DNA from: Macrostomum lignano
Taxonomy: Eukaryota
Length of the DNA: 64,000 nt
Direction: 5' to 3'
Assembly (NCBI GenBank): GCA_002269645.1
Contig: NIVC01001809.1
Span: 124,001 to 188,000 of the forward strand
In this document: in pieces, positions 1-13,561 of the stretch
Numbering within the stretch: position 1 is the stretch's first letter
How the letters are laid out: each line of letters opens with the position of its first letter
Translations under genes and position numbers: made by a program
Notes under the pieces: generated by a model
What the model saw: the letters and a program-made list of their open reading frames with translations, nothing else
The model's database searches: none
What the model was told of the DNA's origin: nothing

Positions 1-99
1 TCAGTGTAGAGGCTGGCTGCGGAACCACAAGCGTAACACTATTTGTCTGTACCCAAGCCGCACAGACTAACTTCTCATTCCTCAATATAAATATAGTTA

Positions 100-790
100 T
101 TTCTGTTTGGTTGCTAGAATAACTATATATAAATCGAGATACAGCGCCTCGATTGTTCCCTCAAAGATCTCGGTTACGACTTCGCATTGGTGCTGAATTT
201 TGCTCTTGTCAGAACCGTCTTGTAGTAGCCAGGCCAGTTTGTTTCAAATTTTGGTCAGCGCCGACTTGAACTTGGTCTTTTGTCGCCTCAGTAGAGCATT
301 CAGCGGAGCAACATCGGGCTCTGGCGCTTGCTTCTGTTTTTTGTCGTCGCTCCTACTGATCTGACAGACTATTGGACACGATGTACTGTGGCTTGAGTAA
401 TCACACTCTGCTACCAGATGGTTGCTAGAATAACTATAAGGAAATCGAGACACTTAGCTATAAGCGATGAAAGCGAAAAGAGTATATTTGAGCGAGATAC
501 TTTAGGTCGGTATTTAAAGGTGAATGAGCGTACAATACGATTGAGCGCAATGTGGGGTGGGGCGATCAATAAATTTGGGTACGATCAATCATACGGTCAA
601 TCATTAGATAAATATGTTAGCCTAATTGAGCGTACAGTTAATGATTGCAACGGACAAGTACGAGCGTACAATAAATACTGCGAAACAGTGGCAGCTCCAG
701 AACACTGTTATAGTCTGCCACAACTGAAAATTTCTCTTTCTATTCGTATGACTGTGCAAGTCGACTATATTACTGGCAACATTTCTAATA
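100..790 (-). mobile_element. Deleted LTR retrotransposon remnant (BEL/Pao-like): LTR end, PBS and gag N-terminus
   Basis: Minus strand reads ...TTCTAGCAACCA-TC-TGGTAGCAGAG (PBS-like, 416-406, complementary to initiator tRNA-Met 3' end), then a broken ORF LRRQKTKFKSALTKI*NKLAWLL resembling Pao gag. The LTR-end sequence GTTGCTAGAATAACTATA recurs at ~110-127 and 421-438. Outer boundary approximate. Confidence 0.45.
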
Positions 791-985
791 CAATATAACG
801 AACGTTAATGTTTCTGGAACTCCTGTTAAAAATATGAAACGCTCTTAAAAGTTTTAATGCAAGTTCTGTGGTAAAGTTGCGCGTCTGAGGAAAAGTAGAA
901 TTAAGAAGGTCTATATTAGTAGCAGTTAGCACAACACCAAAAGGCCCAAAACAAGGCTGATAGCAACACTGTTAAAACATAGTAG

Positions 986-2688
986 CAGTGCATCACACTG
1001 ACATTGCAGCACAGCACCAGTGCATCACACTGACATTGCAGCACAGCACCAGTGCATCACACTGACATTGCAGCACAGCACCAGTGCATCACACTGACAT
1101 TGCAGCACAGCACCAGTGCATCACACTGACATTGCAGCACAGCACCAGTGCATCACACTGACATTGCAGCACAGCACCAGTGCATCACACTGACATTGCA
1201 GCACAGCACCAGTGCATCACACTGACATTGCAGCACAGCACCAGTGCATCACACTGACATTGCAGCACAGCACCAGTGCATCACACTGACATTGCAGCAC
1301 AGCACCAGTGCATCACACTGACATTGCAGCACAGCACCAGTGCATCACACTGACATTGCAGCACAGCACCAGTGCATCACACTGACATTGCAGCACAGCA
1401 CCAGTGCATCACACTGACATTGCAGCACAGCACCAGTGCATCACACTGATATTGCAGCACAGCACCAGTGCATCACACTGACATTGCAGCACAGCACCAG
1501 TGCATCACACTGAAATTGCAGCACAGCACCAGTGCATCACACTGATATTGCAGCACAGCACCAGTGCATCACACTGATATTGCAGCACAGCACCAGTTCA
1601 TCACACTGACATTGCAGCACAGCACCAGTGCATCACACTGATATTGCAGCACAGCACCAGTGCATCACACTGACATTGCAGCACAGCACCAGTGCATCAC
1701 ACTGACATTGCAGCACAGCAGCAGTTCATCACACTGACATTGCAGCACAGCACCAGTGCATCACACTGACATTGCAGCACAGCACCAGTGCATCACACTG
1801 ACTTTGCAGCACAGCACCAGTGCATCACACTGATATTGCAGCACAGCACCAGTGCATCACACTGACATTGCAGCACAGCACCAGTGCATCACACTGACAT
1901 TGCAGCTCAGCACCAGTGCATCACACTGACATTGCAGCACAGCAGCAGTGCATCACACTGACATTGCAGCACAGCACCAGTGCATCACACTGATATTGCA
2001 GCACAGCACCAGTGCATCACACTGATATTGCAGCACAGCACCAGTGCATCACACTGATATTGCAGCACAGCAGCAGTGCATCACACTGATATTGCAGCAC
2101 AGCACCAGTGCATCACACTGACATTGCAGCACAGCACCAGTGCATCACACTGACATTGCAGCACAGCACCAGTGCATCACACTGACATTGCAGCACATCA
2201 CCAGTGCATCACACTGATATTGCAGCACAGCACCAGTGCATCACACTGACATTGCAGCACAGCACCAGTGCATCACACTGACATTGCAGCACAGCACCAG
2301 TGCATCACACTGACATTGCAGCACAGCACCAGTGCATCACACTGACATTGCAGCTCAGCACCAGTGCATCACACTGACATTGCAGCACAGCACCAGTGCA
2401 TCACACTGACATTGCAGCACAGCACCAGTGCATCACACTGATATTGCAGCACAGCACCAGTGCATCACACTGACATTGCAGCACAGCACCAGTGCATCAC
2501 ACTGACATTGCAGCACAGCACCAGTGCATCACACTGACTTTGCAGCACAGCACCAGTGCATCACACTGACATTGCAGCACAGCACCACTGCATCACACTG
2601 ACATTGCAGCACAGCAGCAGTGCATCACACTGACATTGCAGCACAGCACCAGTGCATCACACTGACATTGCAGAACAGCACCAGTGCA
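986..2688. repeat. 32-bp tandem minisatellite (CAGTGCATCACACTGACATTGCAGCACAGCAC), ~53 copies
   Basis: Directly visible, near-perfect units with scattered single substitutions; no spacers. Confidence 0.97.
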
Positions 2689-3258
2689 AACTCAGATAAA
2701 GAATTGAGCACATGTGAGTCACTCCTGACTTGGTATTGAGAGTCGTGGTCATATTTTTAAAAGAGAGACTGGAGAATCGTCTTGTTTCGCAAAAATTAAT
2801 TTGTCTTCCCATTCCCGTGTAGTTTATTACATTATACTTATATCTGAGCCAGTTATTTTTATCTCGCTCGATCTTCGCTTTTAACATCCCTTTCCCTCCC
2901 GTTCCTTCCTATTGGCTCGTGACTACCATAGACAAAGTATTTTTTGTCTCGATTTCGTTTTCGCCCCCCTCTGAAAGTAACACCATCTGAAAGTAGTATC
3001 GTGGACTATATATGACTATAATGCCAGTGGATACAGCATGCGAAGCTTTGAGCAAAAATTCAATCTGCTTGCTTCTGTACATTAGGTCAATTCATAAGAT
3101 TCACTTGAATCTAAATACGTTATATTACTAAAATACATGATACGTTATATTTTGCAGTGTATATACAAGAGTCGTTGTGTGACCGTACCATGTTCCGTAG
3201 CTACTAAGAAAAAAATATTTGAAGAACAGTAGCAGACACCGAACGAAAACACAAAATA

Positions 3259-3918
3259 CACTCAGCAACATTGAAAAGTTTCCACCCTTGCGCCAAGGGT
3301 CCATGGGCAGCACCATCGATGGTTTCGCCAATTGGTTTTGGGCCATAGAAAAATGAGCAAAAACGGCAGGAAAGTTTTTTAAAGACCGATATCTGGGGTC
3401 ACAGGGAAAAGTGTTACAGTAAAGAGTGTACAGGGGTTTACTGGAGGCATCTGGACGCAGGTGACAACGATAGTCCGCTAAATGACTGATTGGCGCACTC
3501 TGCGTTGGCCATCCAGATCACCGGATATGAACTCGATTGAGCACGTGTGGGATTTCCTGAAGCGCACGATTCGGTGCAACAATCTCTATCCCCCTAGAAC
3601 ATGGTACAGCTGCGCAATGCGCTTTCAATCGCGTGGCAACAGCTTCCACAAGACTTTCTGCGGCGCCTTGTTCGGGAATGTCTCGACGAGTGAGCCGTCT
3701 GTTGGACGCTCGTGGTTGCTATCTATACCTGTTACTGACTGTGCTTTAGACACGTACACAGCGTGCAAATGGGCATGGACTTGTTTCGCTGTTCATTCTT
3801 TGTTGCCTTATTTTGATTGTCTATGGCCCAAACATAGTTAAAAACCTTTTAATCCCTAATCGCTCAGCAATTGTAGCCTTTTGTGCAGTACGTGGACACT
3901 TTTCAATGTTGCTGAGTG
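3259..3918 (+). mobile_element. Internally deleted Tc1/mariner transposon with TIRs and TA target duplication
   Basis: TA|CACTCAGCAACATTGAAAAGTTTCCAC at 3257 and inverted GTGGACACTTTTCAATGTTGCTGAGTG|TA ending 3920 (1 mismatch). Internal transposase C-terminus WPSRSPDMNSIEHVWD then, after a frameshift, LRNALSIAWQQLPQDFLRRL. Confidence 0.92.
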
Positions 3919-4106
3919 TATTTACATACATGGAAATTCAAAGGCGGCATTAAATTCTTTTGAAAAATAAACATATTAAAGTAATGGCTTTGAGTTTATG
4001 TAGTAACTACCAGAAATTATTAACTGTAACTTAAAACTTAAACTTTCAAAGAAGCCAAGATTCAGAAGAAATACTAAAGTAAACATGCCTAGCATGTCGT
4101 TAATCC

Positions 4107-4500
4107 TCACTGACCAAGAAAGAGAATTTTCTTAACAAGTTGAGAACGCATCGATGGACTGATCATATTTTGGCGCCGAACTGTATGAAGGAGCTTTATT
4201 CGCGTGTATTTCTCGGCGACCATCTTTAGAATTCCGTATCGGTGATTTTCATCAATCGCTGCCTCGCAGCAGATATTTGGAAGACACAAGTAGAAATTGC
4301 AGCTCTAACCGTTGCTGCAACAGAGCCTCGATTCTAATGCAACCAAGAGCAACGTTGGAGTGACTCCTAAAAGTCTGCTCGAACATACGGCACAGGCGAC
4401 ACAGCTCTTCTGACGGATGACAAAGGCCACCCCGATCTATTAGCTGCAGAAGTGGAGTAGAACTCTCTTCACTGACCAGGGCTTCGCGACATGTCTGTGA
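4107..4500 (-). mobile_element. P-element/THAP9-like transposase C-terminal remnant
   Basis: Manual translation across frameshifts: CREALVSEESSTPLLQLIDR(G)GLCHPSEELCRLCRMFEQTFR ... SMRSQLVKKILFLGQ*, typical of the RGGL.xPS motif and C-terminus of P-type transposases. Confidence 0.65.
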
Positions 4501-5949
4501 CGTTGCCAGTTTAAGGTGGTCCCGAAAAGGGCCGTTGAACTGCTGTTTCTCTATAGTTTCAACCCTTCAGTTTCACCGTTTCAACTAAACTTTTCCATTT
4601 GTTTATTGCGACGTTTACTTGTAGTAGTGCCCAACGATTTTGTGGCAATTTCTAATTCACTGTACATTTTGCTATCCTCTCTCGCGACGGTATAAAATTG
4701 GCACGATCAATAATTTCAATTTCTCTCGCCAGCCAATGAAAACTCTCCGTGTTTTACGCTACCCCCTTTTGCGCTCTTTATTAACCCTCGCCTGGCGGGC
4801 TGGGGGGTTTCACTCGTCCCTGTTCTTGTGTTCGGTGTTTTCTCTCCTTAGGCTTGTCCTCCGTTCCGTCTGGCTTGCCTAGCCTTGTCTAGCCTTGTTT
4901 TCCTTCTCTCTGTCTGGCTGCCTCGAGCCTCCTTATCTCACGCCACGGCTGACGCCAACCTCGCCACTGCTCATCTGCCTGCCTACTGCGCCTCACTGCC
5001 TTCACTGTGCTCATTGCCATTGCTCCTCACGTTACGTCGCCATTGCATCATTCGTCTGCCACGACTTCACATTCAATTTATCTTCAAAAACCATTGTTGC
5101 AACCGCCAGTGCCCAGAAAGCTATAGTTTGTGTATTGACAGTAATAACCAAGCCTAATATTGATACTACCAATAAAAAACAACTACGGCAGTTCCTGCCT
5201 TTATCGCCAAGTGCTCCGCTACAAAATCCGCTTTACAAGAGTTGACTTCAACTTATTTTGAGACTACGACTCACTACAACTCTCGTCAAAACGGCCCTTT
5301 TAAGGGTCATAGCCATAGTTAGCCGCTACGCCAATAACGTGACATGTCTGACAACTCAGTCGGGGCAACAGCTGACGAGCGATGTAGCCACTAATGCAAT
5401 CGACTACACCAGCACCAATTAAGGACAAGCTTCTCATCTGGCTGGTCTCAGGTAAATCAAGCCTCTCCTCACTGATGCAGTTGGAACCCTGGGAAACGGG
5501 TGACTTAACATTCAGTGACTGACAGCCTGATAGCTCGTAAGCATCAGCTACAATTCCGTTATTTTATCTAGTGCCATCATCTATTTATCTATCTAAATAA
5601 ATCTATTTTATTATATCGGTAAAAATTCAATAGAAAATTATAAAATGCTTCGATTTGTACAAGTCAATCGGTAAACTTGCTTTGGTAAAATTTCAGCATC
5701 TTTGTTCAGCTTAAGTTAAAAAAATTGTAAAAATTCGTGTATGAATATTTTGAATATTTTGAATATTTTGAATACATTACGAGCGTATGTTGCTCTTAGT
5801 ACCACAAGTCTAAACACAATTTTTGATGTTTTGGACCTACAAAACAAATTTTATTAATTTCATTCTTGGCTTCGTACCTGCAAAATCCGTAATGTAAATC
5901 AACCTGCCCACCATCTGACGGTTGGCAGAGGATCTCGGACTGCAGGACC

Positions 5950-6328
5950 GCCACTGACTCACCTGTATTGGCGCCACTGACTCATCTGTATTGGCGCCAC
6001 TGACTCATCTGTATTGGTGCCATGACTCATCTGTATTGGCGCCACTGACTCATCTGTATTGGCGCCACTGACTCATCTGTATTGGCGCCACTGACTCATC
6101 TGTATTGGCGCCACTGACTCATCTGTATTGGCGCCACTGACTCATCTGTATTGGCGCCACTGACTCATCTGTATTGGCGCCACTGACTCATCTGTATTGG
6201 CGCCACTGACTCATCTGTATTGGCGCCACTGACTCATCTGTATTGGCGCCACTGACTCATCTGTATTGGCGCCACTGACTCATCTGTATTGGCGCCACTG
6301 ACTCATCTGTATTGGCGCCACTGACTCA
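5950..6328. repeat. 23-bp tandem repeat (CTGTATTGGCGCCACTGACTCAT), ~16 copies
   Basis: Directly visible; each unit contains TGACTCA and ATTGG. Confidence 0.95.
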
Positions 6329-7289
6329 TTTTTGGAAAATACGTGCATTCTGTCAGCTGCCTGCATCTGCTCAGACATAAACCAACCGAAATCCTTTGAG
6401 TGCTCGACTCATTCACAATTCTGAGCTCTCTTCACTTTGACGGATTCGAAACTCCGCCTGAACTCGTGTGGAAAAGTGCAGTCCCTGAAAACCATGGATC
6501 CCATTTTGTTTGGAGCCTCAGCAACTCCAGCTTCATTTGAAAACCCACAGATTCGGCCAATTGAACAAATGCGAACCTTGAACAGAAATGAGCAGTGCAC
6601 AGAAGTGAAAAAATATTCAACATATTTGTAAGCACTGAATAGTCGGAGATACTCATTAGATGCGAACTTATCTGGTCCATCTGATCTGTCAATCACGCAT
6701 TTATTGTAGTTAAATGTTAGTGGCCACCTTTGACGATTTCCGGACAAGTCTGGAATGGTCGATGGTTCTAAATAGCGTTCGCACTCCCGTTGCACAAACA
6801 GGTGAGTTGGCAGTTTGAAATGAAAACAGCCCCAGTCTGGGGTGCCGCAGCTTTCCTCGCGATAGCAACTGGTAAATTCACCGGCTGTCGGTGCCTTTAA
6901 TTTCTAGATCTCCTTGATACAGATTTAGCCTGAGAAAGTCCCATTTAGTGTCACCGCTGCTTCAGTACAGCAATAAGTACAGTTATTCGGGGACTGCGCT
7001 AATGCCATCAGCATTTCATGCGCAGTATTATGGTGACACTAATCTTCGCAAAGTTCCACCTTTGGTGCCAGAACAAAAATCGGTCTGTCAGAAACTGCAG
7101 TCGAAATTTCTCCGGTCCGGTTTCACAGTTTTGCCAAAATAACTTCCCAACCCTGTTAGTCTAAACTAAACCAGATACCAAGTTTTACTTTTAGCTTTTC
7201 TGAAAGTCATGCAAACAGACTGCTGGGCATGGGGGGCGCGGCTGACAGATTTGAATTCTGGCTGGCTGCTTGCGTTTTTATCGATGAGT

Positions 7290-7640
7290 GATCTAGGGAA
7301 TCTCTATGGCTAATCTAAGGGATCTCTATGGCTAATCTAGGGGTATCTATGGCTAATCTAGGGTATCTATGGGTATTCTAGGGTATCTATGGGTAATCTA
7401 GGGGTATCTATGGGTAATCTAGGGGTATCTATGGGTAATCTAGGGGATATCTATGGGTAATCTAGGGGTATCTATGGGTAATCTAGGGTATCTATGGGTA
7501 ATCTAGGGGTAATCTAGGGGTATCTAGGGGTAATCTATCGGATATCTATAGTTACTCTAAAGGATATGTATGGCTAATCTAGGGGATTTCTATTGGCAAT
7601 CTAAGGGATATCTATGGCTAATCCATTGGATATCTATGGC
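7290..7640. repeat. Degenerate ~20-bp repeat (TATCTATGGGTAATCTAGGGG)
   Basis: Directly visible. Confidence 0.85.
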
Positions 7641-7766
7641 TACTCTAGGCCAATGCCGGTAATCCATAAATAATTAGTTCCCTCACAAACCGCTCTCCCA
7701 GGTGCCCCTACTGCCGAAGGGAACGAGTCCAGAATGTACCGCGGTGCCAAGCAGGCCCATTGCCCA

Positions 7767-8134
<368 letters not shown>

Positions 8135-8137
<3 letters not shown>

Positions 8138-8312
8138 ACTGACAGCTGCTGCTCTGACAGCAGACATGAGACGCACCGGTGACTGACAGCTGCTGCTCAG
8201 ACAGCATACAGGAGAAGCACTGGTGACTGACAGCTGCTGCTCTGACAGCAGTCAGGAGAAGCCCCGGTGACTGACAGCTGCTGCTCTGACAGAAGACAGG
8301 AGAAACACCGGT
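8135..8312. repeat. ~43-bp tandem repeat (GTGACTGACAGCTGCTGCTCTGACAGCAG...), ~4 copies
   Basis: Directly visible. Confidence 0.8.
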
Positions 8313-9139
8313 GAATGCAAAATTATCAAAAACGTTATCTAAGGTAGGCCCGATGTTTTCACTTTAAGTAAGCATCTCAGCTCTCCCTTTCCCTCTTTTT
8401 TCTTTGACACATCCGGTCTTCCCCTACCTCCCGCTCCCTCACTTCTCTATGAGTTCAGCTGCAGTGATGGCACCGAAAATTAGCCCTCTCCTCTTTCCCC
8501 CCTCCCCTCTCTCCCCTTCCCTACTCTCTCTCCCCTCTTTCTCATTCCCCTCCTTATTCCTTCTTTATTCTCTTCTCTGTTTCTCTGTTTCTTTTCACAG
8601 ATCACAGAACGCTCCACTTCAATTACAATGGGTCAATACCTCAGCTCACATCAAGCTGTCACCACCAGCTACATCACCGCACTCAGAACTCATCTGCTGC
8701 TTCGACCACGACAAACAGCCAAAATCCGCTTTTGCACACAAAATGCTCCACTTGGCTGCACGATATGGTCAGCTACAAGTCATCACGTTTATTCTGCAGA
8801 CAGTCGCTGACTAAACTAAAATAGATGATTCCTGCATCCAAACTGCCCATCTGCTGCAAGAAATGGTCACCTAAAAGTCGTCAAGTTCCTCATCTCGTGC
8901 TTCTCAAGTCCGGATCAGAGTGAGAAATAAAATTTATTATGTTACAACGTTTACTCTAACCAAGTCCCTACTTGCTGTAAGCATTGAATTATAAGGGCCA
9001 CAATTCATATTATCCAATTGACAAGAGATAACCAAAAGATAAGAGATGACAGACTGGACTGCTGATGTAGCGACCTGGGTTCGAATCTGAGTAGCGTAAA
9101 ATAAATATTTTTATTAAGAAGTCTTATTAACACAAAACT

Positions 9140-12125
9140 GCTAAACATAAAAGAGGCACCATGTCAAACATAACAGAAGCGACCTGTAAAACATCAAAGA
9201 AGCGTCATGTCAAACATAAAAGAGGCACCATGTCAAGCATAAAAGAGGCACCATGTCAAACATAAAAGAGGCACCATGTCAAACATAACAGAAGCGACCT
9301 GTAAAACATCAAAGAAGCGTCATGTCAAACATAAAAGAGGCACCATGTCAAGCATAAAAGAGGCACCATGTCAAACATAAAAGAGGCACCATGTCAAACA
9401 TAACAGAAGCGACCTGTAAAACATCAAAGAAGCGTCATGTCAAACATAAAAGAGGCGCCATGTCTATGTCAATTCAATATGGAATTTATCTATAACTTGT
9501 TTATGTAGCGCACAGTCAATTAAAAGATAGAAAAAAGAGAGTAGGGGTTTCTAAGCTTCACTGCCGGACACTGCTGAAGCGGTGTCCATGCAGTAAGTGT
9601 GGAACAGACAAACGGGAGGATGGGGCGCTTCGGTCACTTGACAACCGTTTGTTTCCCAACTCTTAGGGGGTAGCAGATTCCATAATTCAAGAGCCGCATC
9701 CAGAGCTCAGTTCCGTCGCAGGATATCTCGCATCACGTTAAAGAGCCACCATGTCGAACATTAAAGAGCCACCATGCCAAACATAAAGAGCCGCCATGTC
9801 GAACATAAAAGAGCCACCATGCCAAACATAAAATAGCCACCATGTCGAACATTAAAGAGCCACCATATCGAACATTAAAGAGCCACCAAGTAAAACTTAA
9901 GAGCTACCATGTCAAACATTAAAGACCTACCATGTCAAAGATAAAAGAGGCATCATGTCAAACATGAAAGAGCCACCAAGTCAAACATAAAAGAGCTACC
10001 ATGTCAAACAATAAAGAGCCACCATGCCAAACATAAAAGAGCCACCATATCGAACATTAAAGAGCCACCAAGTCAAACATAAGAGCTACCATGTCAAACA
10101 ATAAAGACCTACCATCTCAAACATAAAAGAGGCATCATGTCAAACATTAAAGAGCCACCATATCGAACATTAAAGAGCCACCAAGTCAAACATAAGAGCT
10201 ACCATGTCAAACAATAAAGACCTACCATCTCAAACATAAAAGAGGCATCATGTCAAACATTAAAGAGCCACCATATCGAACATTAAAGAACCACCGAGTC
10301 AAACATAAAAGAGCTACCATGTCAAACAATAAAGAGCCACCATGCCAAACATAAAAGAGCCACCATATCGAACATTAAAGAGCCACCAACTCAAACATAA
10401 GAGCTACCATGTCAAACAATACAGACCTACCATGTCAAACATATAAGAGCTATCATGTCAAACATAAAAGAGCCATCATGTCAAACATTAAAGAGCCACC
10501 GTACCAAACAGAAAAAAACCACCATGTCGATCATAAAAGAGCCACCATGTAAAACCATGTAAACTATGTAAAACATATTTATGTAAAACACCATGTAAAA
10601 CATATAGGCGACTCCATGTCCAACATTAAACAGCCACCATGTCAAAGATTTAAGAGCAACCATGTCAAACGTTAAAGAGCCACCATGTCGAACATTAAAG
10701 AGCCACCATGCTAAACATAAAAGAGCCGCCATGTCGAACATAAAAGAGCCACCATATCGAACATTAAAGAGCCACCAACTCAAACATAAGAGCTACCATG
10801 TCAAACAATACAGACCTACCATGTCAAACATATAAGAGCTATCATGTCAAACATAAAAGAGCCATCATGTCAAACATTAAAGAGCCACCGTACCAAACAG
10901 AAAAAAACCACCATGTCGATCATAAAAGAGCCACCATGTAAAACCATGTAAACTATGTAAAACATATTTATGTAAAACACCATGTAAAACATATAGGCGA
11001 CTCCATGTCCAACATTAAACAGCCACCATGTCAAAGATTTAAGAGCAACCATGTCAAACGTTAAAGAGCCACCATGTCGAACATTAAAGAGCCACCATGC
11101 TAAACATAAAAGAGCCGCCATGTCGAACATAAAAGAGCCACCATGCCAAACATAAAATTGCCACCATGTCGAACATTAAAGAGCCACCATATCGAACATT
11201 CAAGAGTCACCGTGTCAAACGTTAAAGAGCCACCATGTCGAACATTAAATAGCCACCAAGTCGCACATAAAAGAGCTACCATGTCAAACAATAAAGACCT
11301 ACCATGTCAAACATTCATGAGCCACCATGTCAAACATATAAGAGCCACCATGCCAAACATAAAAGAGCAACAATTTCGATCATAAAAGAGACACCATGTC
11401 AAACATATACGTGACTCAAACATGAAAAACGTGATGACAAACATGGCGAACATTAAAGAGCCACCATGTAATACATATAGGTGACTCCATGTCAAACATT
11501 AAGGAGCCACCATGTCAAAGATTCAAGAGCCACCATGTCAAACGTTAAAGAGCCACCATGTCGAACATTAAAGAGCCACCAACTCAAACATAAGAGCTAC
11601 CATGTCAAACATTAAAGACCTACCATGTCAAACATAAAACAGGCATCATGTCAAACATAAAAGAGCCACCAAGTCAAACAAAAAAGAGCTACCATGTCAA
11701 ACAATAAAGACCTACCATGTCAAACATTCAAGAGCCACTATGTCGAACATAAAAGAGTCACCATGCCAAACATAAAATAGCCACCATGTCAAACATTAAA
11801 GAGCCACCATGCCAAACAGAAAAGAGCCACCATATCGATCATAAAAGAGTCACCATGCCAAACATAAAAGAGCCACCATGTCAAACATAAAAGAGCCACC
11901 ATGTCGAACATTAAAGAGCCACCATGCCAAACATAAAAGAGCCACCATGTCGATCATAAAAGAGCCACCATGTCAAACATTAAGGAGCCACCTTGGCGAA
12001 CATTAAAGAGCCACCATGTCAAACATAATAGAGCTACCATGTCAAACACAAAAGCGCCACCATGCCAAACATAAAAGAGACACCGTTTCAAACATAAAAA
12101 GAAGTGTCATGCCAAACAAAATGGA
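9140..12125 (+). repeat. 22-23-bp satellite family (CATGTCAAACATAAAAGAGCCAC), arrays ~9140-9465 and ~9740-12125, with higher-order duplication
   Basis: Directly visible; a ~389-bp block is duplicated (identical spurious ORFs begin 389 bp apart at 10481 and 10870). Confidence 0.93.
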
Positions 12126-12171
12126 GCCACTATAAAGCTAAGAAAATTGTTGCACTAGCTATTGTTCTCTG

Positions 12172-12805
12172 GTGGATGCTTGCTATTTAAGTGTGGATAC
12201 TTGCTATCAGGTGGATGCTTGCTATCAGGGGGATGCTTGCTATCAGGGGGATGCTTGCTATCCGAGGGATGCTTGCTATTGGGGGGATGCTTGCTATCGG
12301 AAGGATGCTTGCTACTGGGGTAACTTGCTATTGGGAGATGCTTGCTCTTTGGGGGGTGGTGGAGGGTACTTGCTATCTGAGAGGGGGTTGCTAGATATAT
12401 ATAAGGTCTCGTTGTATCCAGGTTATGCTTTCTATCTGGGGTTGCTTGCGGTCTGGGGGATGCTTGCGATCTGGGGGATGCTTGCTATCTGGGGGATTCT
12501 TGCTATCTGGGGAATGCTTGCTATCTGGGGAATGCTTGCTATCTGGGGGATGCTTGCTATCTGGGGGATGCTTTCTATCTGGGGGATGCTTGCTATCTGG
12601 GGGATGCTCGCTATCTGGGGGATGCTTGCTATCTGGAGAATGCTTGCTATCTGGGGAATTCTTGCTATCTGGGGGATGCTTGCTATTGGGAGATGCTTGC
12701 CCTTGGGAGGTGGAGGGTACCTGAGAGGGGTTGCTAGGTATCTATCAGGGCCATTTGTATCCAGGTTATGCTTGCTATCAGGGGTTGCTAGCGGTCTGGG
12801 GGATG
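12172..12805. repeat. ~21-bp G-rich repeat (GGGGATGCTTGCTATCT)
   Basis: Directly visible. Confidence 0.9.
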
Positions 12806-12977
12806 CTTTTGTTTATAGAGGGAATGTCTGTTGTTTTTTATGAAGGCATTATTTCGCGGTCTATTTGTTATTTGTAAAGAACAAGGATTCTATCCAGATG
12901 TCCCCCATCGGGGGCGAAGATCGCTAGTCCTATATACTAAAAATAAAGCAAGTGTACTATTTCTGCAGCTGAATATT

Positions 12978-13010
12978 TACGACTACGACTACGACTACTC
13001 TACTACGACT

Positions 13011-13063
<53 letters not shown>

Positions 13064-13085
13064 GCTACTACTACTACTACTACTA

Positions 13086-13137
<52 letters not shown>

Positions 13138-13150
13138 GCTACTACTACTG

Positions 13151-13196
<46 letters not shown>

Positions 13197-13245
13197 AACT
13201 ACTACTACGAGCTACTACTGCAACTACTAGTGCTACTACTACTGA
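12978..13245. repeat. (CTA)n microsatellite
   Basis: Directly visible. Confidence 0.97.
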
Positions 13246-13249
13246 TAAT

Positions 13250-13561
13250 CTAGCTTCAAGTGATCCGCAGTGCCCAGTCGCCCAGTCCAGGCCGCCACCA
13301 TCCTGCCAGTTGCCGTCGCACAGCAGGCGGACATTGTTTCCAGCCGTGTTGTCACCACCGCCCAGAGACGGCTCCGAGCGGAACTGGATACCTGAGTAAA
13401 ACTTGTTGCAGTGCAAGGATTCGCGCCAGTTACCCCAGCTGCCAGCTGCACTTTCCAGCGAGTGGCTTCCTTAGCTACCATTATGCGAGCAGAACATCTT
13501 TACAGAGTTCAGGGCCGTGTCGTCACCGCTGCCCTGCTTGTCCTCCACCTTCAGCTGGAAC
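13250..13561 (-). pseudogene. Vitelline membrane outer layer protein 1 (VMO1/VOMI) domain exon with an in-frame stop
   Basis: After acceptor TCCTTTCAG (13562): FQLKVEDKQGSGDDTALNSVKMFCSHNGS*GSHSLESAAGSWGNWRESLHCNKFYSGIQFRSEPSLGGGDNTAGNNVRLLCDG; two VMO-I beta-prism repeats (GDDTALN, GDNTAGNN). TAA at 13471-13473. Confidence 0.8.

Noticed and set aside
986-2688. CRISPR-like 32-bp partially palindromic repeat
   Set aside because: Units are head-to-tail with no unique spacers, there are no cas genes, and the context is eukaryotic.
6409-6900. Minus-strand ORF of ~128-150 aa as a gene
   Set aside because: No recognisable domain, start or splice support; left unannotated.
10481-13253. Hydrophobic or low-complexity ORFs in satellites and (CTA)n
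   Set aside because: They are products of tandem repeats lacking stops.
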